Virus record (IMG/VR): IMGVR_UViG_3300025115_000012
Coordinates: 1 to 57,165 of that record
DNA length: 57,165 bases
From: a virus
Lineage: Duplodnaviria; Caudoviricetes
Strand: one strand, 5' to 3'
Each line of letters begins with the position of its first letter. The first letter of the stretch is position 1. This document shows positions 10,490-21,500 of this stretch, in pieces. A model generated the notes under the pieces. The model searched no databases. It saw nothing but the letters and a program-made list of their open reading frames with translations, and was not told where the DNA came from. Position numbers and translations under genes: made by a program.

Positions 10490-10765
10490 ATGGCAAGAAA
10501 ATCTAAAAAATTATTAGAAGAAGAAAAAAAAGCAGCGCAAAGGTTGGCTGAAATTCAAGAGCTTCAGAAAAAAGCAGAAGAAGAAGAAAAGGCTCTTTTG
10601 AAAAAAGTAGAAGAAGAAATAGATAAAATCTGTAATGACAACAACTTGTCTTGCGGATTAATATTAGATAAAGATAGCGTGATGCAGCTTATCCATGCTT
10701 TTATCTATGAAGGGAAAGATAAAATAGTAGTTAAATTTAATTTATATTTTAGGGAGAATGAGTAA
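10490..10765 (+). CDS. Small coiled-coil protein (possible fibre chaperone)
   Basis: GAGG SD; charged helical N-terminus; function inferred from context only. Confidence 0.55.
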   Translation: MARKSKKLLEEEKKAAQRLAEIQELQKKAEEEEKALLKKVEEEIDKICNDNNLSCGLILDKDSVMQLIHAFIYEGKDKIVVKFNLYFRENE

Positions 10766-11775
10766 TGGCTTCACAATATGATATCATCATTCCGCAATTT
10801 GACGGTTCGTCTGATTGGAATGAAAGGTTAGTATCCGTTGCGAGAGGCGGTATATTAACAGCAACCGCCGATGCGAACAGAAATTTAAGGTGGCTTTCAG
10901 GCGGTACTGTAGGACAAATACTGCAAATAGATGCAAGTGGTGATTTGGTTTGGGCAACACTTGGAGCAGGGCATGACCAGAACACAGATGTTGGTACAAC
11001 AAGTGCTTCATTTTATCTCAACACATCAGGTATAAAGATAAAGGACAACTCGGGAGTTTTAGAAGCAAGGAATAATGCAGATAATGCTTATGCTAATTTC
11101 AAAGCTCTTGGTATTACTCTTGGAACAGGCGGTACAGTTAACACTATTGAAACGGCAATAACAGACGATGATACCCATATCCCAACTTCGGGTGCTGTTG
11201 TTGATTACATAGGAACAGCTTTGGCAGCTGCTGATGCTATGATATTCAAAGGCACAGTAGGTTCAGGCGGGACACATGAAATTGTAGCATTTAATTCACT
11301 TGCGACTTATAATGCAGGCTGGACTTACAAGATTATTACTGCAGGAACGGTCAAAGGCAATTCTTGTGAAGTAGGTGATATGATTATTGCGACGGTTGAC
11401 CGAGCAGGTTTAGGAAATCTTAACACTGATTGGGTAGTAGTTCAAGCCAATCTTGACGGTGCTGTTATTGGTCCGTCTTCAGCAACTGACCGTGCAGTAG
11501 CCATATTCAATTCGACAACAGGGAAATTGATTCAAAATTCATCTGTGACAATAGATGGTTCAGGTTCTGTCAATATCCAATTGGGACAGAAGTACAAAAT
11601 CAATAACGTAGATTTATCTGCAGCTGATGTCGGTGCAGCAAGTGCTTATGTAACAGCTCCTGCTAATTGGAACTCTGTAGGAACAACAGGACAAGTTGCT
11701 TGGGATGGCGATTATTTGTATCGTTGTGTAGCTACTAACTCTTGGAGAAGAGTAGCAATGTCGAAATGGTCATAA
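10765..11775 (+). CDS. Tail fibre protein
   Basis: Gly/Thr-rich; FKG...GWTY...AGT..G...EVGD.II...W.VVQ.N.DG motif; terminal DGDYLYRCVATNSWRR module. Confidence 0.7.
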   Translation: MASQYDIIIPQFDGSSDWNERLVSVARGGILTATADANRNLRWLSGGTVGQILQIDASGDLVWATLGAGHDQNTDVGTTSASFYLNTSGIKIKDNSGVLEARNNADNAYANFKALGITLGTGGTVNTIETAITDDDTHIPTSGAVVDYIGTALAAADAMIFKGTVGSGGTHEIVAFNSLATYNAGWTYKIITAGTVKGNSCEVGDMIIATVDRAGLGNLNTDWVVVQANLDGAVIGPSSATDRAVAIFNSTTGKLIQNSSVTIDGSGSVNIQLGQKYKINNVDLSAADVGAASAYVTAPANWNSVGTTGQVAWDGDYLYRCVATNSWRRVAMSKWS

Positions 11776-11776
11776 T

Positions 11777-12259
11777 ATGCCAACTGCAAACTATTACATA
11801 TTGCATAAAGGCGACGGTTCGGATTGGAACGAGGAGAAAGTCCTTGCTGAAGAAGGCAAGGTTCTTGGTTTCGATTCCAACAAAAAACCTGTGATGGTGG
11901 CCCCTAATGCTGGCGGAATGACCAAATCCCTATCGGTAGAAAGCCCGACCAATTCGGAGGATATTAGCATTTTTTATACAGATGTTGCAATAACAATAAC
12001 AAAAATGGTAGCAGTTTTGAAAGGTTCTGCTTCTCCATCAGTAACTTGGTCTATAATACATGCAGCGGATAGAAGTTCATTAGTATTTAACGAAGTGGTT
12101 ACAAGTGGGACGACAACAACAAATACAACAACAGGACACAGTGTAACGAGTTTTAATGACGCTACAATTCCGGCAAATAGCTTTATTTGGCTTAAAACAT
12201 CTGCTAGAAGCGGAACAGTTACAGAAATTTCAATAACAATAGAATATACGGAGGATTAA
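11777..12259 (+). CDS. Fibre/spike-associated protein
   Basis: Thr/Ser-rich beta protein; N-terminus similar to that of 10765..11775. Confidence 0.55.
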   Translation: MPTANYYILHKGDGSDWNEEKVLAEEGKVLGFDSNKKPVMVAPNAGGMTKSLSVESPTNSEDISIFYTDVAITITKMVAVLKGSASPSVTWSIIHAADRSSLVFNEVVTSGTTTTNTTTGHSVTSFNDATIPANSFIWLKTSARSGTVTEISITIEYTED

Positions 12260-12261
12260 TA

Positions 12262-12546
12262 ATGTATAAAGCAATTATAACCAATGTAGAAAAAAAAGAA
12301 GACGCTATTCACTATACAGTGGAATATACTAATGGTGAAGAAAGTTATGAAAGGAATTATACTTTTTCCTTGGCACAGGATATAACGAATGTCTTTAAAG
12401 CGACTATGGCTTATGAACTTAAACGTTTGGAGGAATTGGACACTATCTACCAGACTGAAAAAGAGCGTATAGGCGAAGAACTCACAAGAGAAGGTGAAAG
12501 TTTGAAAATATCGGAAATAGCAAATAATGGCGATAAAGTATTGTGA
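12262..12546 (+). CDS. Hypothetical protein (possible fibre assembly factor)
   Basis: GGAGG SD; 94-aa ORF in the fibre operon. Confidence 0.6.
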   Translation: MYKAIITNVEKKEDAIHYTVEYTNGEESYERNYTFSLAQDITNVFKATMAYELKRLEELDTIYQTEKERIGEELTREGESLKISEIANNGDKVL

Positions 12547-14308
12547 TTGGGATAACGGGCAGGACTTTTCTGTAAAGAGGAATAGGACTACTGCTATTGT
12601 CGCATATAATGCAGGCACAACTTATGCGTTAGATGACCTTGTGCACAACAACGGAACACTGCCCAATCGGCTCTGTTACAAATCTGTCCAGAGTGGCAAC
12701 ACAGGCAATCCTTTGCCAGACCCTGCATGGTGGGTACTTGTAGCAGATGGCAGTTACACCTTACCATTTCAGTCAATAACAGACGCAAGCAATGGACTAA
12801 CAGGCGGCGATGAAGTCAGGGTAGCAAAAAGCCCGGAACCAACAGCACTGACGGGTACATTAACTTTCACCGAAAACTCTACAACTGTTACAGGAAGTAG
12901 TACATTATTTACAACAGAATTAGCTAATGGAGATTTTATTGAAGGGCCAGATGGTTATTGGTATGAAGTAACAGCAAGAGCAAGTAATACTTCATGTACA
13001 CTATATAGGGCTTACCCAAGTTCAACAGCATCAGGAGTTACGAGCAGGAAGTTAGGAGTTACAAGCACAGGTGCGGCAGCAGCAGCAGGGACACAGGTTC
13101 AAGTCATTAACGCTTCCGGTTCTTCAGGTAATTTACTTCAAATATCTGGCGGGTGGGATTTAAGTACTCAAACACAGACAGGACAAACTTGGTTTAGGCA
13201 AATGCACGGGACGTTTGCTACCAGGAATGGGTACGGCTTATATTTTTCAAGCAAGAATTACACGAGCTGTGATAAACTAAACTTTTTGCGATATAATTCC
13301 GGTATATTTTATAATTCCAGCAACAATAACACAATAACAACAGCTACGTGTAATTCAAATAGTAGTTACGGTATTCTATATTCTTCTACCAGCAACAATA
13401 ACACAATAACAACGCTTGTGTGTAATTCAAATAACAGTTCCGGTATTCTATATACTTCCAGCAACAATAACACAATAACAACAGCTACGTGTAATTCAAA
13501 TAGTAGTTACGGTATATATTATAATTCCAGCAACAATAACACAATAACAACAGCCACGTGTAAAAGGAATTTTGCCGGTATATTTTATACTACCAGCAAC
13601 AATAACACAATAACAACAGCCACGTGTAATTCAAATGGTTACGGTATACATTATAATTCCAGCAACAATAACACAATAACAACAGTTACGTGTAATTCAA
13701 ATGGTTACGGTATCTATTATGCTACCAGCAACGGCAACACAATAACAACAGCCACGTGTAATTCAAACACAACTAATGCTTTTTATTTGGGCGTGCTTAA
13801 CAAGGGTAACGTCATTTACACCTTTACAGGGACAGGTAACACAGGGATGTCAAGGACTTCTCAATTAAGGTTTTCTCTGCCTGCACTTTCAATTCAAGAT
13901 AACAACGGCAACGGCTCTATAAATTATTTCGCTTTTGGACAAACGACTTCAGATACTGCAAGTGCACGGTCTGGTACCTGTCTTAAATGGACACCGTCTT
14001 CAGCAACCGAGTGGATAGAGCATGTCTTTAAATTAAAAGTAGCAACAGGTACGGCTTACACAGTTACTTTTTATTTAAGGAAAGATTCAAGTTTCAACGG
14101 TGATATTGAAGCAGCAATTTACAATATGGGACAAGAAGTAATAGCTTATGCCGACAAGAAACCAACTTCAAATGACACTTACGAGACAAAGACTATTTCG
14201 ATAGCAAATGTTGATATTATAGCAGCGGGCATAGCAGAATTAAGGATTAGAGTTAGAGGAACAGCAGGTAATTGTTTTCTTGATGATATAAGCATAGCAA
14301 CGACATGA
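12527..14308 (+). CDS. Receptor-binding protein with right-handed beta-helix repeats and C-terminal carbohydrate-binding-like domain
   Basis: Seven GIxYxSSNNNTITTATCNSN repeats (NosD/PbH1-like); GS...PF.SI..A......GDEVRV beta-helix cap. Confidence 0.75.
   Translation: MAIKYCDWDNGQDFSVKRNRTTAIVAYNAGTTYALDDLVHNNGTLPNRLCYKSVQSGNTGNPLPDPAWWVLVADGSYTLPFQSITDASNGLTGGDEVRVAKSPEPTALTGTLTFTENSTTVTGSSTLFTTELANGDFIEGPDGYWYEVTARASNTSCTLYRAYPSSTASGVTSRKLGVTSTGAAAAAGTQVQVINASGSSGNLLQISGGWDLSTQTQTGQTWFRQMHGTFATRNGYGLYFSSKNYTSCDKLNFLRYNSGIFYNSSNNNTITTATCNSNSSYGILYSSTSNNNTITTLVCNSNNSSGILYTSSNNNTITTATCNSNSSYGIYYNSSNNNTITTATCKRNFAGIFYTTSNNNTITTATCNSNGYGIHYNSSNNNTITTVTCNSNGYGIYYATSNGNTITTATCNSNTTNAFYLGVLNKGNVIYTFTGTGNTGMSRTSQLRFSLPALSIQDNNGNGSINYFAFGQTTSDTASARSGTCLKWTPSSATEWIEHVFKLKVATGTAYTVTFYLRKDSSFNGDIEAAIYNMGQEVIAYADKKPTSNDTYETKTISIANVDIIAAGIAELRIRVRGTAGNCFLDDISIATT
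13301..13768 (+). repeat. Seven tandem repeats (six of 66-72 nt plus a truncated seventh) encoding beta-helix rungs
   Basis: Core CCAGCAACAATAACACAATAACAAC; units start at 13301, 13370, 13442, 13511, 13577, 13643 and 13709. Confidence 0.95.
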
Positions 14309-14457
14309 TAGATTTTGAAACATGGGAAGCGGGGGAACCTGCAATGATAGACAGTGAGACAGGGGATTTAAGTACCTGGGATGGTGGAGTTCCTTATGTT
14401 TATGTTCAAGTAGAAAGTTCTCCCGAACCCGAAGAGAGAAGGATATTTATAGTATAA
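14305..14457 (+). CDS. 50-aa acidic protein (MIDFETWEAGEP...RRIFIV), not in ORF track
   Basis: ATGA overlap with the upstream stop; internal duplication TWEAGEP/TWDGGVP. Confidence 0.6.
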   Translation: MIDFETWEAGEPAMIDSETGDLSTWDGGVPYVYVQVESSPEPEERRIFIV

Positions 14458-14530
14458 TGGATTTACGAGAATTTAACATAAAACAGAAAAAGATAAAATT
14501 TAGTATTAAATTAGTAAAGGTTAAAGAGAT

Positions 14531-14809
14531 ATGGTTAAAATTGAAAAAGAAGATAACAAAAGCAAGGTCATAATGAGCTACGCTACGTTTATGGGAACAA
14601 TGTTAGGGATATTGGTATCAGTTATAACCATATTTGGCTTTTTGTTCTCAATAAAGACTGACATAAGTGTTATCAAAGACCAGCATGAGATAAGAATTAG
14701 AATACTTGAGACTGATGTTAAGATATTGAACACGAATGACAGACATCAAGATAGCAAGATACAACTTATTGAAACAGAACAGAACCATTATCATAAGAAA
14801 GGGAAATAA
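14531..14809 (+). CDS. Single-TM coiled-coil protein (holin/hemolysin-like candidate)
   Basis: Hydrophobic ATFMGTMLGILVSVITIFGFLFSI followed by a heptad-like region. Confidence 0.55.
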   Translation: MVKIEKEDNKSKVIMSYATFMGTMLGILVSVITIFGFLFSIKTDISVIKDQHEIRIRILETDVKILNTNDRHQDSKIQLIETEQNHYHKKGK

Positions 14810-15706
14810 ATGGATAGATTCGATCCTAATAATTTGTTAAGTCCGTATCAAAAGAATAACCAAAAAAAACCATTTTCTTTGGAAAGACCGAACAATTCAG
14901 ATCCTTTGTCTTTTAATATTATTAACAAAGGTGGGAAGACAACTCCTGAAACGATTCCAGGGACAGTACCGCAAACACCTCCAGGAACAACAACGCAAGG
15001 AACTCAAGGTACGCAACAAGCTAATCCTTTACAGGCTGCGTTAGAAGCAGAAGGCGGATCAAGTGGTACAAGTGGTCAAGGACTAAGTGACGAATTTAAC
15101 AAAGCAAGTGCCGAAGGCGGAATTGATATGAATTATGTTGATCAGCTTGCTGCTAAACAAATGGCTGCTCAATTAGCATATGGTCAGCAAATTGAAGAAG
15201 AGAGAATGACTGACCGTACTCGGAAGGGTATAGGTATTGCAGACAAAGGCATGGAAGAAGCAAGTTATTTATCACCTTTGGGCAGTTTCTTAATGCAACA
15301 GCAACAAGTGAATGATGCACAAGGTCAAGCAATAAATGCAGCAGCTGCAGGCGGAGCAGGCGGTGCTTTTGGCAGTGGAGGTGATGTAGTCAATTCTCAA
15401 GCAGGAATGGCTCAAGTAGCAAATGCAGTTACTCCTATATCAGCTCAATTCGCATCCCAAAGGGCACAGAATGTTCAGGACTTGTTTGCCAACAAAGCAA
15501 TGAGAAATGAATTAATTGAGAAGAGAAATCAAGATGCGATCAGTCATAGCAATACTAGAGAAATGGTCAGCAAGGATCATCCTCTAAGAGCGTTAATGTT
15601 TGAAATGAACAACAAGCAAGCAGCAATGAATTATGCAATGCAAGAGGAAGCTGCTAAAAAATGGAACTATGAAAGACAATTACAACAAGACAAGGAGAAG
15701 AAATAA
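14810..15706 (+). CDS. Putative ejection (internal virion) protein
   Basis: Gln/Ala/Gly/Met-rich helical composition; lies ahead of the giant gene. Confidence 0.6.
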   Translation: MDRFDPNNLLSPYQKNNQKKPFSLERPNNSDPLSFNIINKGGKTTPETIPGTVPQTPPGTTTQGTQGTQQANPLQAALEAEGGSSGTSGQGLSDEFNKASAEGGIDMNYVDQLAAKQMAAQLAYGQQIEEERMTDRTRKGIGIADKGMEEASYLSPLGSFLMQQQQVNDAQGQAINAAAAGGAGGAFGSGGDVVNSQAGMAQVANAVTPISAQFASQRAQNVQDLFANKAMRNELIEKRNQDAISHSNTREMVSKDHPLRALMFEMNNKQAAMNYAMQEEAAKKWNYERQLQQDKEKK

Positions 15707-16107
15707 TGGATTGGGGAGCACTAGCCGGAATGGCAGGAAGCATAGGCGGTAATTTACTACTACCAGGAGCAGGTACCTTAGCCGGTCCTGTAATGCAAGG
15801 CCTTGTAAATGGAATGTTGCCGCAAGATCAGACAAAAGCTGCACAGCAGTCTGTTCAAGAAATGGCGGCAAAAGAAACACAGAAACATAGTCAGCCACAA
15901 CAACAACCGCAACAGCAACAACCGCAGCAACCACAACAGTTTGATATAAATCAATTATCTCCAATGCTAATGCAAGCTTTAGGCATGGGTGGCAATATGG
16001 GTGGCATGACACAAACTATGCAAGGGATGACACAAGGTGCGGGTAATCAGAATCCATTAGGAAGCTTAGCACCATTAATAAGCGGTATGATGAGAGGAGG
16101 ACAATAA
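15706..16107 (+). CDS. Putative small ejection/pilot protein
   Basis: Gly-rich hydrophobic N-terminus (GALAGMAGSIGG...PGAGTLAG) and a poly-Q/P tract. Confidence 0.6.
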   Translation: MDWGALAGMAGSIGGNLLLPGAGTLAGPVMQGLVNGMLPQDQTKAAQQSVQEMAAKETQKHSQPQQQPQQQQPQQPQQFDINQLSPMLMQALGMGGNMGGMTQTMQGMTQGAGNQNPLGSLAPLISGMMRGGQ

Positions 16108-17777
16108 TGCAAAGGACAGGCGATGTAAACAAAGGCGGTCAATTAGACCAAACTATTTTAACTCAAACTAATCAATTAAGTGAAGGGTTAAATCAGAACT
16201 TAGAAGCTGCCCGGAGAAGAAGGATGGCAGCAGTACAAGCGGTTAATGACCAAATGGCTGCATACGCTTTAGATCCGAATGCATGGAAGAATAAGAACGA
16301 AGCCGCTAATATCAAGTTTGACGAATACGGCGGTGCTCAAACCAATGCTGCATGGGATCAGGCAATTATTGCTGACAAGAATAACCTAAGTCATTACGGT
16401 ACAGGTATTAATAGTGAAGTAGTGGGCGAAGAAGAGTATAACGCTATGAATACGGAACAGCAAAGAGAGTACCTTAACCAAATACTAGGTAATTCTAAAC
16501 ATATAACAGATGCACAAAAGGCTTTTCTTCAGGGTAAAAGTCCATTGCCTACTGATGCTGTTAGTAAGACGTTAAAAACGATTGGTGCTGAACAGAACGA
16601 GCAATTAGCTAAGCAAGTTGAACTAGTTAGGATGTTAGAAGAAATTGGCAAGCCACCTGAAGAGCCGGACAAGACTGATGCTTTTTATTTGGACGCTGCT
16701 GAAAAGTATAAAATACAAATGGGTGTACCTGAAAATGCTAGTGATGCAGAAAAAGTAACTGCTGCTAAAGCTTATTTGGATTCTAAAAGCAAAGAAGCGG
16801 TTACTGTAACGGATCCAAATGGCGAGTTCGCTAAATTAGGGCTAATTGGCCCTGATGGCAAGTTAAGACAAGGATTGGTAACTACTACTAAGGATGATGG
16901 GAAAATGTCTTTGAGCATGTCTGAAAGCAGTGGCAGTGGTATAGGTGGCAAAATGGGTGTTGGTGAGAATTTTAGTATGGATACAGGTGATACCCATATG
17001 AAGTATGAAACCGTTATGGGAATTTTAAGGAAGAGCAATGACGGTACGGTACATGATCCATTACAGACGAAGGCAAAGAGTTTACATAGGTTAGGATTAG
17101 TTCAGAACATGTTTAACAGGTTTGCTCCTCCGGGGCAGGAAACGAAAAATCCATATATGGAAGCGTATGAACAGCGACTAGAAACCATTAAAGATGTTAA
17201 TACGGTAATGTCCGAAAGAGGAACTACCGAAGAACTGCTAAAAGGTTCAGTAGAGATGAAAGGCGGAGCAGCTAAAATGTCGGCAGGAATTGAAGCGGAC
17301 AAGAGTGTACATATTGTTACTAACAATCGCCTAACTTCAAAGATTGATACAGCTCCGAGGGGTCCTGATGAAAAAGACCCACCAACAGTAATGATTAAAG
17401 GTGGGACACCGCAATCCGGATTTACTTTGAAAAATCTCGGTGATGGATGGTATGGACCTGATGCGACAAGAACTGCAGGATTCACAGATCAAGGCATAAG
17501 GGATATAAGAAGTTCTTTATATCAACGAATTGATAAAGCCAAGTACAAAAAGGGTGATTTCAGCGATATGCCAGGATACAAGAAAGCTAGCAATGGATCA
17601 GAATGGTTTTATTTTTCAGATCCTGAATTGGGCATTGAAAATTTAAAAATGATGAAATCAGAAAAAGGAGATTGGCAACCTAGAGTTGAAGTTGGTACGA
17701 CAAAAATGAAGTATAATGCTGCAGAAGGTATTTTTGCAGGCAGTGACAATGGTAAGAGTTTAACATTAGAATATTAA
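16107..17777 (+). CDS. Putative ejection protein
   Basis: GGAGG SD, TAATG coupling; 556 aa, largely helical; context. Confidence 0.55.
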   Translation: MQRTGDVNKGGQLDQTILTQTNQLSEGLNQNLEAARRRRMAAVQAVNDQMAAYALDPNAWKNKNEAANIKFDEYGGAQTNAAWDQAIIADKNNLSHYGTGINSEVVGEEEYNAMNTEQQREYLNQILGNSKHITDAQKAFLQGKSPLPTDAVSKTLKTIGAEQNEQLAKQVELVRMLEEIGKPPEEPDKTDAFYLDAAEKYKIQMGVPENASDAEKVTAAKAYLDSKSKEAVTVTDPNGEFAKLGLIGPDGKLRQGLVTTTKDDGKMSLSMSESSGSGIGGKMGVGENFSMDTGDTHMKYETVMGILRKSNDGTVHDPLQTKAKSLHRLGLVQNMFNRFAPPGQETKNPYMEAYEQRLETIKDVNTVMSERGTTEELLKGSVEMKGGAAKMSAGIEADKSVHIVTNNRLTSKIDTAPRGPDEKDPPTVMIKGGTPQSGFTLKNLGDGWYGPDATRTAGFTDQGIRDIRSSLYQRIDKAKYKKGDFSDMPGYKKASNGSEWFYFSDPELGIENLKMMKSEKGDWQPRVEVGTTKMKYNAAEGIFAGSDNGKSLTLEY

Positions 17778-17789
17778 CAGGAGCAGGCA

Positions 17790-18407
17790 ATGGGTTTTAA
17801 AGCGAAATTCTCGACAGGCAAGGGCAAAGATAGATTTGAAGGTAACCATGAAGAGTATGAAAAATGGAAGAAAGACAGGGCAAACCAAGGTGAAGGCAAG
17901 GAATCCAAATCATCAACAGACCTTCACGAGTTGAGGAAACGACGTGATGCTCTTATAAACGAAACGGAATTCATGAAAGATCCGCCAAGTGGACATGATC
18001 CTGCAGCTATCCGTAAAGAAGTGGACGAGCACAGGAGAGGTACTTTCAAGGGTAAGTTAAGCGATACAGCTTCTCAAATTCGTAAACTTGATCAAGAAAT
18101 TAATAAGCTAAAAAAAGCTGAAGGCGACACTTCTTATGAACCTGACCGTTGGGCTAAAGTAGATAAGTCATGGGAAAAGAAGAAAAAATCTTCTGCTCCC
18201 AAGAAAGAAACTTCAAAGCCAAGCAATGAAACAGATTGGTTAAAAAAAGGAATGCTGCGTGGCAGTAAGTCATCTTCATCTAAGAACGAAATGACTGATT
18301 TGCAGAAGACTATAATAGAAAGTCAATCACAAGGTTTGTCTGCTCAACCCGAATTAAAAAAAAAACAGTCTCCGACACTAATGTCGAAAATCCTAAACCT
18401 GTCGTAG
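17790..18407 (+). CDS. Charged 205-aa protein; probable N-terminus of the giant protein via -1 shift at A10
   Basis: AGGAG SD before ATG 17790; A10 run at 18356..18365, where the -1 frame is continuous with the giant ORF. Confidence 0.7.
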   Translation: MGFKAKFSTGKGKDRFEGNHEEYEKWKKDRANQGEGKESKSSTDLHELRKRRDALINETEFMKDPPSGHDPAAIRKEVDEHRRGTFKGKLSDTASQIRKLDQEINKLKKAEGDTSYEPDRWAKVDKSWEKKKKSSAPKKETSKPSNETDWLKKGMLRGSKSSSSKNEMTDLQKTIIESQSQGLSAQPELKKKQSPTLMSKILNLS

Positions 18408-18508
18408 CTAATTGGTGGGAAGTCAGAGATGCACCCCAGACCTCACTGCTTCCCGCTCTGAACGAGAAAGTAGCTGAACCGACCCAAAGTATAGCTCCAC
18501 AGTTAAAC

Positions 18509-21500
18509 GTGCCTGAGAACGAGTTATTAACCATAAAACCTAATACTGATTTTGGTTTTAAACCGAGATTAAATCCAGGATTAAATCCTGGACAGCAAAT
18601 ACCTACCAAAGCTGATAAGACTGCTACGAATATACCTGACAAGGTCGCATTAGAGAATACTGCTGAAAGATACGATCCATTAAAGCGGATAGAGGCGGAC
18701 AGGACAGGTGCTTCATATACTCCATATAAGCCTAAATATGATTTGATACAAGGCAAAAGCAGGGAAGCTGAACAAATAAATAAAGTTAAAGCTTTGACAG
18801 ATGAGCTCGATTGGCAATATGACCCTGACAGGCTGGACAGGGAAGAAAATAAAAAGAGACTATATGGCGGTCTTGACTTAGGAGTTAGTTTTCACAAGAA
18901 GTGGGATTACGATAAAAATAGTTATACCCATACTATTGGTATTGATTTAAACAAAATAGACTTAGCCGAGCAAGAGCTGAATAAACGATTCAAAGAATTC
19001 GAGACTGAAATGCGATCAAAATTTGGTAACGATCCTTTAATGATGAGACGGTTAAATGAGGGTATAAACAGCGAAAGAGGGTTTCAAGGATTGTTGGATA
19101 CTGATTTCTCATGGGATGTTATAAAAGATTGGATGCATATAGCAGGTGGCGGAGCAGGTGAAGGAATGACCTTTAATCGAGATATGCGGAAAATGGTAGA
19201 TTTTATCCATACTTATTTAAAGGCTAAAGATGACTTGCGAAAAGTAAGAAATCTTCGTCCTTTGTCTGACCGGTTAAAAGAAAAGAATGGTGAAGAATAT
19301 CAAAATTATCATGAACGACCAATTAATTATGATTTCAATGATGTTGGCACTTATTATATGGGGAAAGCTATAGATGGAGCTTTCGGCAAATTGGCTAATG
19401 GCCTGTCTAAAAGATTCTTTGGAGAAACCATTTACAACAAATCAGATGTGCTAAGCTTGCAAGAGAATATCCAAAATTTTATAGAAAGCGGATATTATTC
19501 TGATAAACCTGAAATTGAACAAAATTCGGCTGAAATAGCACGTTATCTTGCAGAAAGAGACGAAAGCACAACAGGATTGTTCGATACGGCAGTCATGGTA
19601 GGTGGAGACATTGCTGAAATTGTAGCTAGTATGAGAGCCGGACCATTTGCACTAGGCGGCAGATTATACTCAAGTGGACGAAACGTCTGGAATGCTTACA
19701 AAGGTGTAGAAAGAGCAAATAAAATCAATCAGACTACTAAATTGATAAATCTTAATAAGATATATGCAGAAAGTCCGGAATATGCAAAACGGTATAATAT
19801 GTTCAAGGCATTATCAGGCAAACACAATACGAGAGGTGTAGCAAGTGGAGGCATGCTTCCGAAGGTTCAAGATCTATTAGGAAACAGAGCAGACTATATT
19901 GGGAACATGGTTGTCGGAAGTTTTGTAGATCAAATGTTATCTATGGACGAGAACCTAACTGCTCCGGAACTTGCAGAGGGTATGAGGAACATGGCAATCC
20001 TTGCTATGTTTAATTATCAATATTCTAAAGCGTTCATGTATGCAGGTCAAATGGCAGGCTTAACCAAGAATGTAATGCAAGGCACTAGATATGGTAATGC
20101 AGTAGGCAGCAAGTTTGACGCTTTAAGCAAGGCAATGATAGCAGCTGGTCAGTTTGCAGCACAACCTGGGCAAAGTTTGACTATTAACAATGTTTTGGAA
20201 GGGGAGGATTACACAGCCAAACAAATGGTAGCAGACGTGATGTTTGGATTTATGATGGGATATAATGATTTCTTACTAACTTCCAGATCTTACAAAGTGT
20301 TTAAAAGAGCAAATCTAAGAGATGATATTATAAAAAGCAATTATGCAGAAGTTGATTATATTCCGTATGAGCATATTTACTATACTGATACTCATACTAA
20401 CGAGTTAAGAACAAGAACCAAACCAATGACAGAAGGCAAAGAAGGCGACTTGTTACAAATAGATATGTCTAAACCAGAACAAGCTGCTTTTGACCAAGTT
20501 GTTCAAGATCGTATCAAACAAGCCGAAGGAACACTCAAGAAAGGTGAGATGATAACTGTCAAATCTAGCAACAAAGCGAATATGCAAGGTGTTTCAATCC
20601 TCAAAACACAAAGCTTTGGACGCAAGATTGATAGTGAAGTAAGACGGAAATTAAGCATTGACGAGAACATCCCCATTAAAGCAACTCATTTAATTGAAGC
20701 ATTTAGTGACGGTATGAACCAAGTGAGAATACCTAAGTATATCCAGGAATTATTTAAAGACATATCTGATAATATTGATGTAATCTTAACTGACCAATTG
20801 GGTGAAAGCACACCAGCTGCTTATAAAGATGGGAAATTTTACTTAAATGACAATTTAGGATTAGTTACCAAAACAGGCAAGATTGACAAAGAGGCATCAA
20901 TTGCGATATCTCACGAAATGACACACGCTTTGATAGACCATGCTATAAAGGTAAACCCTGACTTCGCCATTGCGATAGAAGAAATATACCAGCAATATTT
21001 TAATAAAGTAACAGATTTTGTAAAGAAAAATCCGGAAGCATACTCGATTATAAATGAAAAAGCAGGTGGTATTCTTAATAAGACGTTTTTGAATATAGAC
21101 AATGATGGCAATCCTGACCATTATAGGAATATGCAAGAAATGATAGCTTTAATGTATGAAGCTTCTTCAAAAGCTAAGTATTTCAGAACGTTAATGCACA
21201 ACGTAGATCCTAGTTTAAAAGGTAAATTTTTGGGTAAGATAGCCAATGCCTTTGGACTTTCACCTGAAGCATACAAAAGAATAGATCATGAATTAACCAA
21301 TTATAAGAAATATATTAATCCGGAAGCGGAGCAAACCGCCATAGATTACGATACAGGCACGGAAAATGCAATACCAGGTGAAATGCCCTATGCAGATGAA
21401 AACGTGGTTTACGATGAAGATGTGGACTATTTGGACAGTCCTGAAACGTTTCGACCTTTGGATATGTCTACGGAATCATTAAAAACAGATAGTTTTAAAG

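Noticed and set aside
13301-13768. Repeat array as a CRISPR array
   Set aside because: Units are in-frame coding repeats with no unique spacers.
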